Source: a virus
Taxonomy: Duplodnaviria; Caudoviricetes
Length of the DNA: 64,000 nucleotides
Strand: one strand, 5' to 3'
Virus record (IMG/VR): IMGVR_UViG_2791354790_000006
Coordinates: 14,941-78,940 of that record
Shown here: one piece after another, positions 51,005 to 60,015 of the stretch
Layout: each line of letters opens with the position of its first letter
How positions within the stretch are numbered: the stretch's first letter is position 1
Position numbers and translations under genes: made by a program
The notes under the pieces: generated by a model
Databases searched by the model: none
What the model saw: only the letters and a program-made list of their open reading frames with translations
What the model was told of the DNA's origin: nothing

Positions 51005-51754
51005 TTATTTAACGATCCGGAGATGGCTAACGTTCTTGCGATAGCTGCCCCAGTCAAAGTTCACCCACATCCCGCCATCCATCTGGAGGCGATCGATAAC
51101 CCGCGCACCCAATGCGCCGAGAAGTTCGTCATGGTTCAGATTCGTCAGAACGCCAACTGGACGCATCGACGACAGCCGACGGTCGATAACCTGATTCAGG
51201 ATAACTTTCTCCCCGTTGCTACCGCGCTGAATACCGACTTCATCCAACACCAGCAGATCAACTTTGCAGAGGTCATCCAGAAGTGAAGCCTCTGACTGGC
51301 CACCGTCGTAACACTCGCGAACACGCAGCATCAGGTCAGGGATTGTCACCACCAGCACTGATTGGCCACCGGACAGGAGATGATTTCCGATCGCTGCTGC
51401 CAGATGGTTTTTACCGGTACCAGGCCCGCCACTGAACACGAAGCTCGCAAAGCCAGCCCCAAAGTTCTGTGCGTAGCTTTTCGCCATGGTGTAGGCCTTG
51501 CGCTGTTGCTCACCGGATACTTCGTAGTTGGCGAACGTGCAGCTGCGGTGCAGGCTCTGGATACCAGATCGACCGAAGATTTTCTCTGTGCGCGCTTTCT
51601 GATTCCGCTTTCCCAGCTCTTCGCAATGTTTCAGGCCTTCTTCACGCTGCCACGCCAGCAGTTCTGCTGCGCTGGTGAACTTCGGCTGTACGCCTGGCGG
51701 AATGAGTTTTTTCAGGCGCTCAAGAGCGCTGCCAGTACCAATCATGTTTTTCAT
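51005..51754 (-). CDS. dnaC: DnaC-like helicase loader
   Basis: GGPGTGKNHLA, LLVLDEVG, FDWGSYR. Confidence 0.92.
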   Translation of the reverse strand: MKNMIGTGSALERLKKLIPPGVQPKFTSAAELLAWQREEGLKHCEELGKRNQKARTEKIFGRSGIQSLHRSCTFANYEVSGEQQRKAYTMAKSYAQNFGAGFASFVFSGGPGTGKNHLAAAIGNHLLSGGQSVLVVTIPDLMLRVRECYDGGQSEASLLDDLCKVDLLVLDEVGIQRGSNGEKVILNQVIDRRLSSMRPVGVLTNLNHDELLGALGARVIDRLQMDGGMWVNFDWGSYRKNVSHLRIVK

Positions 51755-51756
51755 CG

Positions 51757-52647
51757 CTACCCCCTGAACCCTGGTGGAATGGTGTTATCTGGTCGGGAAA
51801 TCGTATTCAGATCCCGCATACCTGACGATGCAGTCACTTCCCAGGCTTCCTCGTAGTGCTTAGAGGGGCCAAAGAACGTTGCGGCCTGTTTCACGTACTC
51901 GGTGTTAAGTTTCCCCGTAGCTTTCACGAAGTCGGCATATCGCTGTGTACCGTTGAGCAACTCCTGAGCTGTAGCTCCTGAGTTAACTCTGGCGTTCCAG
52001 GCTTTGCAGGCGTCGGCCTTGCTATTTCCTCCAGCGCGTTTTGGATAAATCGACCACGCCTGCTCGAAGTCATCCGGATAGGCATTTTTTTTTGGTGGCG
52101 TCTCATCATCGGAAGAATCATCACTCTCTGGGGGTGTGGCGTAGCCATGCCCCAAAGTGTTTTCTTCTTCCTGTTCCTGTTCCTGTTCCTGTTCCTGTTC
52201 CTGGTTAAGGAACGGTTCAAGAACCCTTTCTGAACCCTTTAGCTTCAAGCCACCAATGTGAGCTATCGCATCAGCCATAACCCGCGCCAGTTCTGGCTTC
52301 ACCGAAGATTTATCCGGCACTTGAGAAAACAAACGCATAGCCGCTATACCCTGATTAGGGTTCTCAACTGGGTTCCAGCTCATGAAGTTCCGAATAAGGA
52401 CCCATTTCGAGGCAAAATCACGCGTTGCAAAACCGTTCATAGATAGCTCATCAAACCCTTTCGCAACCCTTTCAGATGTCCAGTTGAGGTCTTCCGAAAC
52501 GTATCCATCAGGCAGTCGAAAACAACCAATCATGTTCGTGTGTTGCCCCGTGAGCAGATACAGCGCGAGCAAACGGGCATCATCAGAAACCCGACGCATT
52601 CCATCGCTTATCCAAAAAGATGTATGCACCTTGCCGTAATCACGCAT
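51757..52647 (-). CDS. Phage replication initiator with internal iterons
   Basis: N-terminal wHTH, QE repeat, FEQAWSIYPKR; AACCCTTT pairs at 52222/52233 and 52454/52465. Confidence 0.85.
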   Translation of the reverse strand: MRDYGKVHTSFWISDGMRRVSDDARLLALYLLTGQHTNMIGCFRLPDGYVSEDLNWTSERVAKGFDELSMNGFATRDFASKWVLIRNFMSWNPVENPNQGIAAMRLFSQVPDKSSVKPELARVMADAIAHIGGLKLKGSERVLEPFLNQEQEQEQEQEQEEENTLGHGYATPPESDDSSDDETPPKKNAYPDDFEQAWSIYPKRAGGNSKADACKAWNARVNSGATAQELLNGTQRYADFVKATGKLNTEYVKQAATFFGPSKHYEEAWEVTASSGMRDLNTISRPDNTIPPGFRG

Positions 52648-52663
52648 AAAAACCCCTGAATGC

Positions 52664-52855
52664 TTAAATTACTGTCGGTTCGTCAGTTCTGGCGGAGTGC
52701 TTAAAGACGATCTCGACGCACAAAAAAACGCATTCCTGACAGATTGAGACGCCATCCCCAACGACGAGAACGCCAGCAATTTCGACATTCGTCTTTCCGC
52801 AAAAAGAGCACTTATGGGTTGGCTGGATATTTACCTTGGTACTGGTTGCTGACAT
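52664..52855 (-). CDS. ClpX-type C4 zinc-finger protein
   Basis: CSFCGK...ICQECVFLC. Confidence 0.8.
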   Translation of the reverse strand: MSATSTKVNIQPTHKCSFCGKTNVEIAGVLVVGDGVSICQECVFLCVEIVFKHSARTDEPTVI

Positions 52856-52940
52856 ACTTACCCCGCAATGATTTCGCAATGAATTGCACCAGAAAGCCGT
52901 TGGTGTTCGAGCACCGCGGCTTTCGCCATTTTTGAACCGG

Positions 52941-53480
52941 TCATATAGCCCCCAGCATCATCTGCACCATCTCCATCAGTGGACCGGTTAACCCAGGGTC
53001 AACGCGGTACATCTCTACTATCCCCTCGCTCAACTCTTTCAGCTTCTGATGCCGTGGCGCATCCATCGCGACAGCTATCTTCGCTTCGCTGGTTTCCTTC
53101 TCCATACGTGCCAGGCGAGCCATGATGTTGCCTTCTGGCAGCAGGCGACTGCGGAACTCGAGCGGCAGAACAGCAAGAATTGCCGGAGTCAGCTGGCGGA
53201 CGTTCTCGCGGTATCTTTCACTGTTGAAATGGTTGTCCAGGAAGCGGAAAAGCTTCTGACGCTGCCGACTGAGATCATCGGGGAAATTGATCTCGTCACC
53301 TCCCTGCGCCCGGTACTCTTCGATGATCAGTGCAGAAACGACATCCTGACCATCTACACCCGCCCATGAGCGAACGGCATCTCGAATATCTTCGTGACAC
53401 GGTCCCTTATAGGGTTGAGCGCGATTTATCACCGCTTGTTGCGGTACTCCTGTATCCTGGTAAAACGTAAGTGATTGCAT
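52941..53480 (-). CDS. YdaT-family CII-like regulator
   Basis: IRDAVRSWA, QKLFRFLD, LTPAILAVLP. Confidence 0.85.
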   Translation of the reverse strand: MQSLTFYQDTGVPQQAVINRAQPYKGPCHEDIRDAVRSWAGVDGQDVVSALIIEEYRAQGGDEINFPDDLSRQRQKLFRFLDNHFNSERYRENVRQLTPAILAVLPLEFRSRLLPEGNIMARLARMEKETSEAKIAVAMDAPRHQKLKELSEGIVEMYRVDPGLTGPLMEMVQMMLGAI

Positions 53481-53519
53481 TTGCAGCCCCCTGAAGGTTA
53501 GCGCCGCCGGTCAGACGGC

Positions 53520-53729
53520 TTAATGTGGAAATAAATCGGATAAGTCAGGCCTGATTTCATGGGCTTTGACCTCACCATTAGTAGCCTTGACGATTGATAG
53601 AACGTGCTTTGGGGATACAGATCCTCCGTTCAACCACTTATGAACGGCTGGTTGAGAAACTCCACAGGCGTCAGCAAGCCTTTGCTGACTCCCCACGATT
53701 TCCAGTGCCTTGTAAATAACTAAATTCAT
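53520..53729 (-). CDS. cro: Cro/YdaS-like repressor
   Basis: GSQQRLADACGVSQPAVHKW; EIRPDL. Confidence 0.9.
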   Translation of the reverse strand: MNLVIYKALEIVGSQQRLADACGVSQPAVHKWLNGGSVSPKHVLSIVKATNGEVKAHEIRPDLSDLFPH

Positions 53730-53764
53730 AAATCATTCCTCGAATGGTGATTAACAATGAAAAG

Positions 53765-53827
53765 ATAACCTAAGTTATGCCAGTAGTCCATAATATTTGT
53801 TATTTTACTTTCTATAACCACGGTTAT
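53765..53827. promoter_or_regulatory. OR operators (3 sites)
   Basis: ATAAC-N4-GTTAT at 53765, 53790 (1 mismatch), 53814. Confidence 0.82.
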
Positions 53828-53838
53828 AAATTGACGAC

Positions 53839-54540
53839 ATGAAAACCTTCGCAGAACGATTAATCGCCGCTATGACCGCAGCAGGCTTGTCCCAAGGGCA
53901 GCTAGCTGAACGTGTTGGACTCTCACAACCGGCGATTCAAAAAATGACATCAGGAAAGACAAATGGCAGCCGTAAGATGGTTGAGCTTTCGCGTGCGCTA
54001 AGCGTCAGACCTGAATGGCTGAGCGCAGGAAGTGGTCCGATGCGTCATGAAGACAACACCCCACCAGAGAAAGAGTGGGGGAAAATTGACTCATGGGACA
54101 GAAACACACCGCTTCCTGAAGATGAAGTGGAGATCCCCTTTTTGAGAGATATAGAGTTTGCTTGTGGTGACGGCAGGGTTTCTGACGAGGATTACAACGG
54201 TTTTAAACTGAGGTTTTCGAAAGCGACTCTGCGCAAGGTAGGTGCTAACACTGATGGCTCAGGTGTTCTATGTTTCCCTGCGAGAGGAAATAGTATGGAA
54301 CCCAATATTCCTGATGGCACTACGGTCGCTGTAAACACAAAAGATAAAAAAATCGTTGATGGGAAAATGTATGCCATCAACGAAGATGGGTGGAAAAGAA
54401 TTAAACTGCTTTATCGCACAGGACCCGAGATGATCAGCATTCGCAGTTACAACAGTGCTGAGTATCCATCTGAGGATAAAAATCTAGGAGACATAGAAAT
54501 TATAGGCAGGGTTTTTTGGTGGTCAGTTTTAGACTATTAA
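53839..54540 (+). CDS. cI: CI repressor (HTH plus S24 peptidase)
   Basis: HTH, FACGDG cleavage region, GNSMEP Ser, IKLL Lys. Confidence 0.93.
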   Translation: MKTFAERLIAAMTAAGLSQGQLAERVGLSQPAIQKMTSGKTNGSRKMVELSRALSVRPEWLSAGSGPMRHEDNTPPEKEWGKIDSWDRNTPLPEDEVEIPFLRDIEFACGDGRVSDEDYNGFKLRFSKATLRKVGANTDGSGVLCFPARGNSMEPNIPDGTTVAVNTKDKKIVDGKMYAINEDGWKRIKLLYRTGPEMISIRSYNSAEYPSEDKNLGDIEIIGRVFWWSVLDY

Positions 54541-54561
54541 CACAGATATGGGACACCCCAA

Positions 54562-55716
54562 ATGGATGCATTTAAAAACAGGTTAAAGCTTCATAGTGAT
54601 CATGTTAAAAACGTTGGACTGCATTGCACTACTGAAGAAACAACAAAGCAGGCACTAATTTTACCATTTTTGGATATTCTCGGTTTTAGTCCATACGATC
54701 CACAAAAAGTAAAAGCTGAATATGGTGCTGATTTTCCTGGGGTGAAAGCTAATGAGCGGGTTGACTATGCCCTGTTTTGTCAAGGGATTCCAGTCATGTT
54801 CATTGAAGCCAAAGCCTATAAAGAAAAAATTGATAATCACTGCCCGCAGTTATCAAGATATTTTAACTCAACCCCAGAGGTAACAATCTCAGCCATAACC
54901 AATGGAGTTGAGTGGAGATTTTTTACTGACCTAAAAGAGAAAAATATTATGGACCCCACTCCATTCTTAAAAATAAGAATGGATGAAGCTACAGACGCTG
55001 ATGCTGAGCAACTGTTTAGATTTAGACATGACAAGTTCAAGCCCGAAGCCTTAAGAACCCTCGCAGAAGAAAGCGTATACCTTTCCGCTTTTACTAAAAC
55101 AATAAGTTCAAGCCTTCGAGAAGTTGACCAGGAATTTGTTAGATATGTAGCAAGCAGATCTAATGTAGAAAGACAATTGAACCAAAGATTTCTTGAGTCG
55201 ATAACACCATTAGTTAAACAAGCAGTAGAATTATCAGTAAGTGCCATGGTAGTTTCTGGGCTATCTGGAAAAAACCCAACAGAATCCTTGCACGATGAAG
55301 TTCATGACGAGAACGAACAAGAAAAGTCTGATGCACAAGCGGATGTTGTAGACCCAGATAATCCTAATATTGTTACTACTCATAACGAAAGGCAGCTCTT
55401 TGATAAAATCGTATCAATCATTGGATTTGAGCACGACATTCAATACAAAGACACTGCATCGTACTTCGGTGTTCTCTTCCAGGGTAAAACGAACCGCTGG
55501 ATAGTTCGCTACTATGATAAGAAATCGAAATCATCGATCCAACTACCTATAGATTTGAATGACATAACAATTAATGAAATCTCTAGAGCAGGATTAACCT
55601 GCGATGCTTCAAGGATTTACATGGATAATCCTGAGGATATTTTGAGGATATCGGGATTAGTTCTTGATTCTTTTGAGTACGTAAAAAACGACGAAAATTT
55701 CCGCAAGAAGCAATAA
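54562..55716 (+). CDS. Stand-alone HsdR N-terminal-type PD-(D/E)XK nuclease
   Basis: TEETTKQALILPF, VDYAL, FIEAK, QLSRYF, TNGVEWRFF. Confidence 0.85.
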   Translation: MDAFKNRLKLHSDHVKNVGLHCTTEETTKQALILPFLDILGFSPYDPQKVKAEYGADFPGVKANERVDYALFCQGIPVMFIEAKAYKEKIDNHCPQLSRYFNSTPEVTISAITNGVEWRFFTDLKEKNIMDPTPFLKIRMDEATDADAEQLFRFRHDKFKPEALRTLAEESVYLSAFTKTISSSLREVDQEFVRYVASRSNVERQLNQRFLESITPLVKQAVELSVSAMVVSGLSGKNPTESLHDEVHDENEQEKSDAQADVVDPDNPNIVTTHNERQLFDKIVSIIGFEHDIQYKDTASYFGVLFQGKTNRWIVRYYDKKSKSSIQLPIDLNDITINEISRAGLTCDASRIYMDNPEDILRISGLVLDSFEYVKNDENFRKKQ

Positions 55717-55719
55717 CAT

Positions 55720-55742
55720 AACCGGCCTCATGGCCGGTTTCT
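55720..55742 (+). terminator. Terminator of the cI-nuclease operon
   Basis: AACCGGCC-TCAT-GGCCGGTT hairpin. Confidence 0.65.
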
Positions 55743-55848
55743 CCTTCGCCATCCTAAAGCAATAAATCCACTTCTGCTATCCATACCCCATTTTTATAAA
55801 ATTAAATTCCCTTTGTTATTAGGCATATATAACTCAATTCCCATTTTT

Positions 55849-55887
55849 ATAAGTTAAGTTATGGACAATATCGATAACTATAGTTAT
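55849..55887. promoter_or_regulatory. OL operators / pL
   Basis: ATAAGTTAAGTTAT and ATAACTATAGTTAT match the OR motif. Confidence 0.78.
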
Positions 55888-55972
55888 TCTTACCCCATCG
55901 CGAAACACTAAGCGCATCAAGTTCAAACGTTCCGCCAGCCTGGCGACAAGGGCAAAGCACAGGAGCTGTGAG

Positions 55973-56407
55973 ATGGAAGAGTTAAAACACGTAATCGCAT
56001 TGTTGCTGGAAGACGCCAAACGCTTGCAGCAGATTAAGCCAAACGCAGGTACTGAGGCCCGCATTACACAGGCTATAAAAGTGCTTGAACCTGCCTTTAA
56101 CGCCAAAATCGAATGCTCAACAAGAAAGGCATCGCTCGAAGCCCCAAAAAAAGCCGAAGAAACCATTATTTTTGATGGCGTGCTAGCTAATGAACAGTTT
56201 GCAACTCATGTGGTGGATAAATTTCACCCTACCATTTCTCGAGTGATTGAAGAGATGGTTTTGAATGGCAAGCCGGAAGATCAAATTAAAGAAGCCGCAG
56301 CAACAACCGGCAGAGCAATCGTTGCTGGGGTAAGGGAGTTAATTAGAAGTGCCTCCACTCGTTTGAAGGGTGAGCCTTCGCCTCACGCTCAAGTTCAGAA
56401 GGACTAA
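55973..56407 (+). CDS. First pL gene, hypothetical
   Basis: AGGAG RBS, 144 aa. Confidence 0.7.
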   Translation: MEELKHVIALLLEDAKRLQQIKPNAGTEARITQAIKVLEPAFNAKIECSTRKASLEAPKKAEETIIFDGVLANEQFATHVVDKFHPTISRVIEEMVLNGKPEDQIKEAAATTGRAIVAGVRELIRSASTRLKGEPSPHAQVQKD

Positions 56408-56543
56408 GTTCGAGAAGGTCGGCAAATCTGGCCCTTAACCTTTGAACTTCGCAAAGAAACTCAGCTTCATTGCAACTATTTTGGGGTGGATTGTGGTGAA
56501 GAAACTGAAATGCGAGTTGGGTTATATCAATATTATTTTTCAT
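56343..56543 (-). CDS. Antisense-oriented 66-aa protein in the sieB slot
   Basis: Promoter TTTATC-N17-TATGCT (56606-56578), AAGGA RBS. Confidence 0.7.
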   Translation of the reverse strand: MKNNIDITQLAFQFLHHNPPQNSCNEAEFLCEVQRLRARFADLLELSPSELEREAKAHPSNEWRHF

Positions 56544-56724
56544 TTTTGAATTCCTTGCTGGCTGTGTGAGAACTACCAGCATACCACCGAGCCTGAAGTG
56601 GATAAAAGACAGGCACATAAGAGTGGGTTTCGCGGTGGTGAACTGCAGAGTTAAAACGCTCAACTGTGAAGATCAGCGTCACGGCACCACCAGCGAAGTT
56701 CACTCAGCAATAGTGGAGAACATC

Positions 56725-56931
56725 ATGGTTCATCAGCACTACGGTACACAGACGGTAAACCGCGGCGCAGTTCAGCCTGGAATGCTCGTCAAACACAAGG
56801 ATTCAACCTGGACGGCATCAGCTAATGCTCGTGGTCGTTTGTATCTGCATCGCGGCGTTGAGATGACTTACACCAGGGATTTGCTGGTTGAAGTTTATCT
56901 GAACGGTCTGGGGAATGGCCTCAGCCATTAA
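56725..56931 (+). CDS. kil: KilR-like FtsZ inhibitor
   Basis: HQHYGT...VQPGMLV...TASAN pattern as in Rac KilR. Confidence 0.75.
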   Translation: MVHQHYGTQTVNRGAVQPGMLVKHKDSTWTASANARGRLYLHRGVEMTYTRDLLVEVYLNGLGNGLSH

Positions 56932-56942
56932 CGTAGAGTGTC

Positions 56943-57104
56943 ATGCAAGACAAGAAATGCGGTTATTGCAGCAAACCGGTTAAACCGGAAGAGGTAATCA
57001 AAAGCACCCTTCTCTATCGCAACGGCTCACTGCTGGCGCGCAAAGAGAAAGAGTACTGTTCCAGACGTTGCGCTTCGCACGACCAGATGGCTCACGAAGG
57101 CTAA
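56943..57104 (+). CDS. YdaE-family zinc-finger protein
   Basis: Hand translation MQDKKCGYCSKP...EYCSRRCASHDQMAHEG. Confidence 0.75.
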   Translation: MQDKKCGYCSKPVKPEEVIKSTLLYRNGSLLARKEKEYCSRRCASHDQMAHEG

Positions 57105-57244
57105 CGTACACCCCGCGCAAGGCGGGATCTACGTCCGGTGCCACCGACCAAAGTTACACCGGAATTTATAGCAAACCAAATAAGACACCCAATGGGCGCT
57201 ATCAATGGTCCGGGGATTCTAACACCCAAAAATGAGGATCTCAC

Positions 57245-60007
57245 ATGGAATTCTTTAATGTGGTTAAAGCCACTCAGAAATCCGGAAAGCAAGATGCAGT
57301 GATTTGGTTCACTGCTAAAACCGAGGCTCGCGCCAACCTGCAGCTGGATGTTGCACTGGAAGATGCTGGCATCGAAACGGGTCGCGGTAAGGACTACGCC
57401 AAACCGATTCGCACTGATTTCCCGGTTGTTGATGACCTTCCGGAAGAAGGTGAAGTTGATTTCACTTGGTGTGATCGTTATGAACTGGCCGAAGACCAGC
57501 GCACCTGGAATGTTAAACAACAGACTGAAGATGAGTCTGTCGACGACGCAGATATTGAAGACAGCACCGCAGAAGAATCTCAGCAGTCAGAGCAGCCGAA
57601 CCTGATCGTCGTTGCCACCCTGCCATTCCGTCAGCGCGTACTGGCTCAGTTCATCGGTGATGGTGAATATCTCTATCACGTCGACGCTGGTCAGAAAAAC
57701 GAGATTGTCCGCCTTGAGATGGACACTGATAACGCGTACGCCCAAAACCTGCTGCTGGCTGCTGAGAATGTGGAAGCATTCAAAAAAGCCATTGAGCACG
57801 ATATCCATAAAGTCGTGAATGCCGTTAAGAAAGCCTTCCCTGTCGACGGTAAAAAACCGGAACTGGCAACAGTTATCCAGTTCCTGACGGTGTGGTTCAA
57901 CACTGATTACATCGACCGTGGCATCCTGGCGCGCGAATGGACCGCCGGTAACCGCATCAGCAATGTTCAGCGCACCGATTCCGGTACCAACGCCGACGGC
58001 GGATATGTCACTGACCGTGGCGAAAATGCTTACCACACGCTGGATACTCTGGATTTAGAGATTGCCTGCGCCCTGCTCCCAATGGACTTTAACCATCTTG
58101 AAATCCCGGGCAGCATCCACCGCCGCGCCAAAGAGATAGTGGCCAACAAAGAACAACCATGGAAATCATGGAGCAGCATCCTGCGCAATCAGCCTGGCGT
58201 TCTGTCGGTAAACCGCGCTGCCATCTTCAATCTGGTGCGCATCGCGCCGGAAAATATTCACCTGACGCCAGTTGCACATCTGGAGTTCGTTAACCAGACC
58301 ATGACAGCTGAGTTCAATTCAGCAACTGAGTTGCTGCCGTTGCCAGTAGCTGGCGCGCAGGAACCAAACAGTCAGGATCAACCTCGAGTTGAGAATCTTG
58401 GCGCTGGAATTTTCTCCATAGAAAGCCTGATGGGTGATCAACAACCAAAAACAGATGACCGTTCACCACTTAATGAGGAAGCCACCAGCGATGTGCAGAT
58501 GGAAGAAACTGTCAGTGATGAAGAACAGACTGGTGATGAAGTGCAGTCAGGCGAAAGCAGTCTGGAAACTGGTGAAGAGTCACATACCGGCCAGCAGGCC
58601 GATGTGAAACAAAAACCGGAAAATGCGCATCAGAATGATGAATCTGCGCACCAAAACGCCAAAAAAGTGAATCAAACCGAGCCAGAAGCTCAATCTGACG
58701 AACCGGCTGTTGTTTACCCTGCTTACTTTGAGCCAGGCCGCTATGAAGGTCTGCCGAACGAGGTTTATCACGCAGCGAACGGGATCAGCAGCACCCAGGT
58801 GAAAGATGCCCGCGTGAGCCTGATGTACTTCAACGCGCGCCACGTTGCCAAAACGATCACCAAAGAGCGTTCTCCTGTGCTGGACATGGGTAACCTGGTG
58901 CACGGCCTTGCGTTGCAGCCAGAGCAGCTCGATGAAGAGTTCAGCGTTGAACCGGTGATCCCGGAAGGCGCGTTCACCACAACGGCAACAATCCGCGCGT
59001 TTATTGATGAGTACAACGCAGGCCTGCCGGCGCAGCTGAGCGCCGACGACATCAAAGCGTTGCTGGAAGAATACAACGCCACTCTGCCTGCTCAGGTGCC
59101 ACTGGGTGGTTCAGTCGAGGAAACTGGCCAGAGCTACATGTCTCTGCCCGAAGAGTACCAGCGGATCGAAGCGGACCAGAAGCAGACCGCAGCGGCGATG
59201 AAAGCCTGCATCAAGGAATACAACGCCACTCTGCCTGCTCAGGTGAAAACCAGCGGTAGCCGTGATGCGTTACTCGAGCAGCTGGCAATCATCAATCCCG
59301 ACCTGGTCGCGCAGGAAGCGCAGAAGCCGCAGCCGCTGAAAGTGTCCGGTACCAAAGCGGATCTGATTCAGGCCGTGAAGTCTGTTAATCCAGGCGCTGT
59401 CTTTGCCGACGAACTGCTGGATGCGTGGCGCGAGAATCCGCAAGGGAAAGTACTGGTCACCCGCCAGCAACTGAGCACCGCACTGGCCATTCAGAAAGCC
59501 CTGCTACAGCACCCAACCGCCGGGATGCTGCTCCAGCACCCAAGTCGCGCCGTTGAGGTCAGCTATTTTGGCTTTGACGATGAAACCGGTCTGGAAGTCC
59601 GCGTTCGTCCAGACCTTGAGATCGACCTGGACGGAGTGCGCATCGGTGCCGACCTGAAAACTATCAGCATGTGGAACATTAAGCAGGAAGGCCTGCGCGC
59701 CAAACTGCACCGGGAAATCATCGACCGTGACTATCACCTGAGCGCCGCCATGTATTGCGAGACCGCAGCACTGGACCAGTTCTTCTGGATTTTCGTCAAC
59801 AAAGACGAGAACTACCACTGGATCGCCATCATCGAAGCATCCGCCGAACTGCTGGAGCTGGGCATGCTTGAGTACCGTAAATCAATGCGTGCTATCGCTA
59901 CCGGCTTTGACACTGGCGAATGGCCAGCGCCCATCACCGCTGATTACACCGACGAACTGAACGACTTCGACCTGCGCCGCCTTGAAGCGCTGCGTACTCA
60001 GGCATAA
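57245..60007 (+). CDS. recE: RecE exonuclease VIII
   Basis: YHAANGISST, RVRPD, DLKT, YHLSAAMY. Confidence 0.92.
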   Translation: MEFFNVVKATQKSGKQDAVIWFTAKTEARANLQLDVALEDAGIETGRGKDYAKPIRTDFPVVDDLPEEGEVDFTWCDRYELAEDQRTWNVKQQTEDESVDDADIEDSTAEESQQSEQPNLIVVATLPFRQRVLAQFIGDGEYLYHVDAGQKNEIVRLEMDTDNAYAQNLLLAAENVEAFKKAIEHDIHKVVNAVKKAFPVDGKKPELATVIQFLTVWFNTDYIDRGILAREWTAGNRISNVQRTDSGTNADGGYVTDRGENAYHTLDTLDLEIACALLPMDFNHLEIPGSIHRRAKEIVANKEQPWKSWSSILRNQPGVLSVNRAAIFNLVRIAPENIHLTPVAHLEFVNQTMTAEFNSATELLPLPVAGAQEPNSQDQPRVENLGAGIFSIESLMGDQQPKTDDRSPLNEEATSDVQMEETVSDEEQTGDEVQSGESSLETGEESHTGQQADVKQKPENAHQNDESAHQNAKKVNQTEPEAQSDEPAVVYPAYFEPGRYEGLPNEVYHAANGISSTQVKDARVSLMYFNARHVAKTITKERSPVLDMGNLVHGLALQPEQLDEEFSVEPVIPEGAFTTTATIRAFIDEYNAGLPAQLSADDIKALLEEYNATLPAQVPLGGSVEETGQSYMSLPEEYQRIEADQKQTAAAMKACIKEYNATLPAQVKTSGSRDALLEQLAIINPDLVAQEAQKPQPLKVSGTKADLIQAVKSVNPGAVFADELLDAWRENPQGKVLVTRQQLSTALAIQKALLQHPTAGMLLQHPSRAVEVSYFGFDDETGLEVRVRPDLEIDLDGVRIGADLKTISMWNIKQEGLRAKLHREIIDRDYHLSAAMYCETAALDQFFWIFVNKDENYHWIAIIEASAELLELGMLEYRKSMRAIATGFDTGEWPAPITADYTDELNDFDLRRLEALRTQA

Positions 60008-60015
60008 GGGGAACG

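Noticed and set aside
52168-52204. Tandem TTCCTG repeat
   Set aside because: It encodes the QE linker common in phage replication proteins; not a CRISPR or contingency locus
52941-53729. YdaS/YdaT toxin-antitoxin pair
   Set aside because: These are the Cro and CII equivalents of the immunity region
59072-59246. 27-bp direct repeat inside recE
   Set aside because: In-frame protein repeat (EYNATLPAQV); no reverse transcriptase or A-specific variation, so not a DGR
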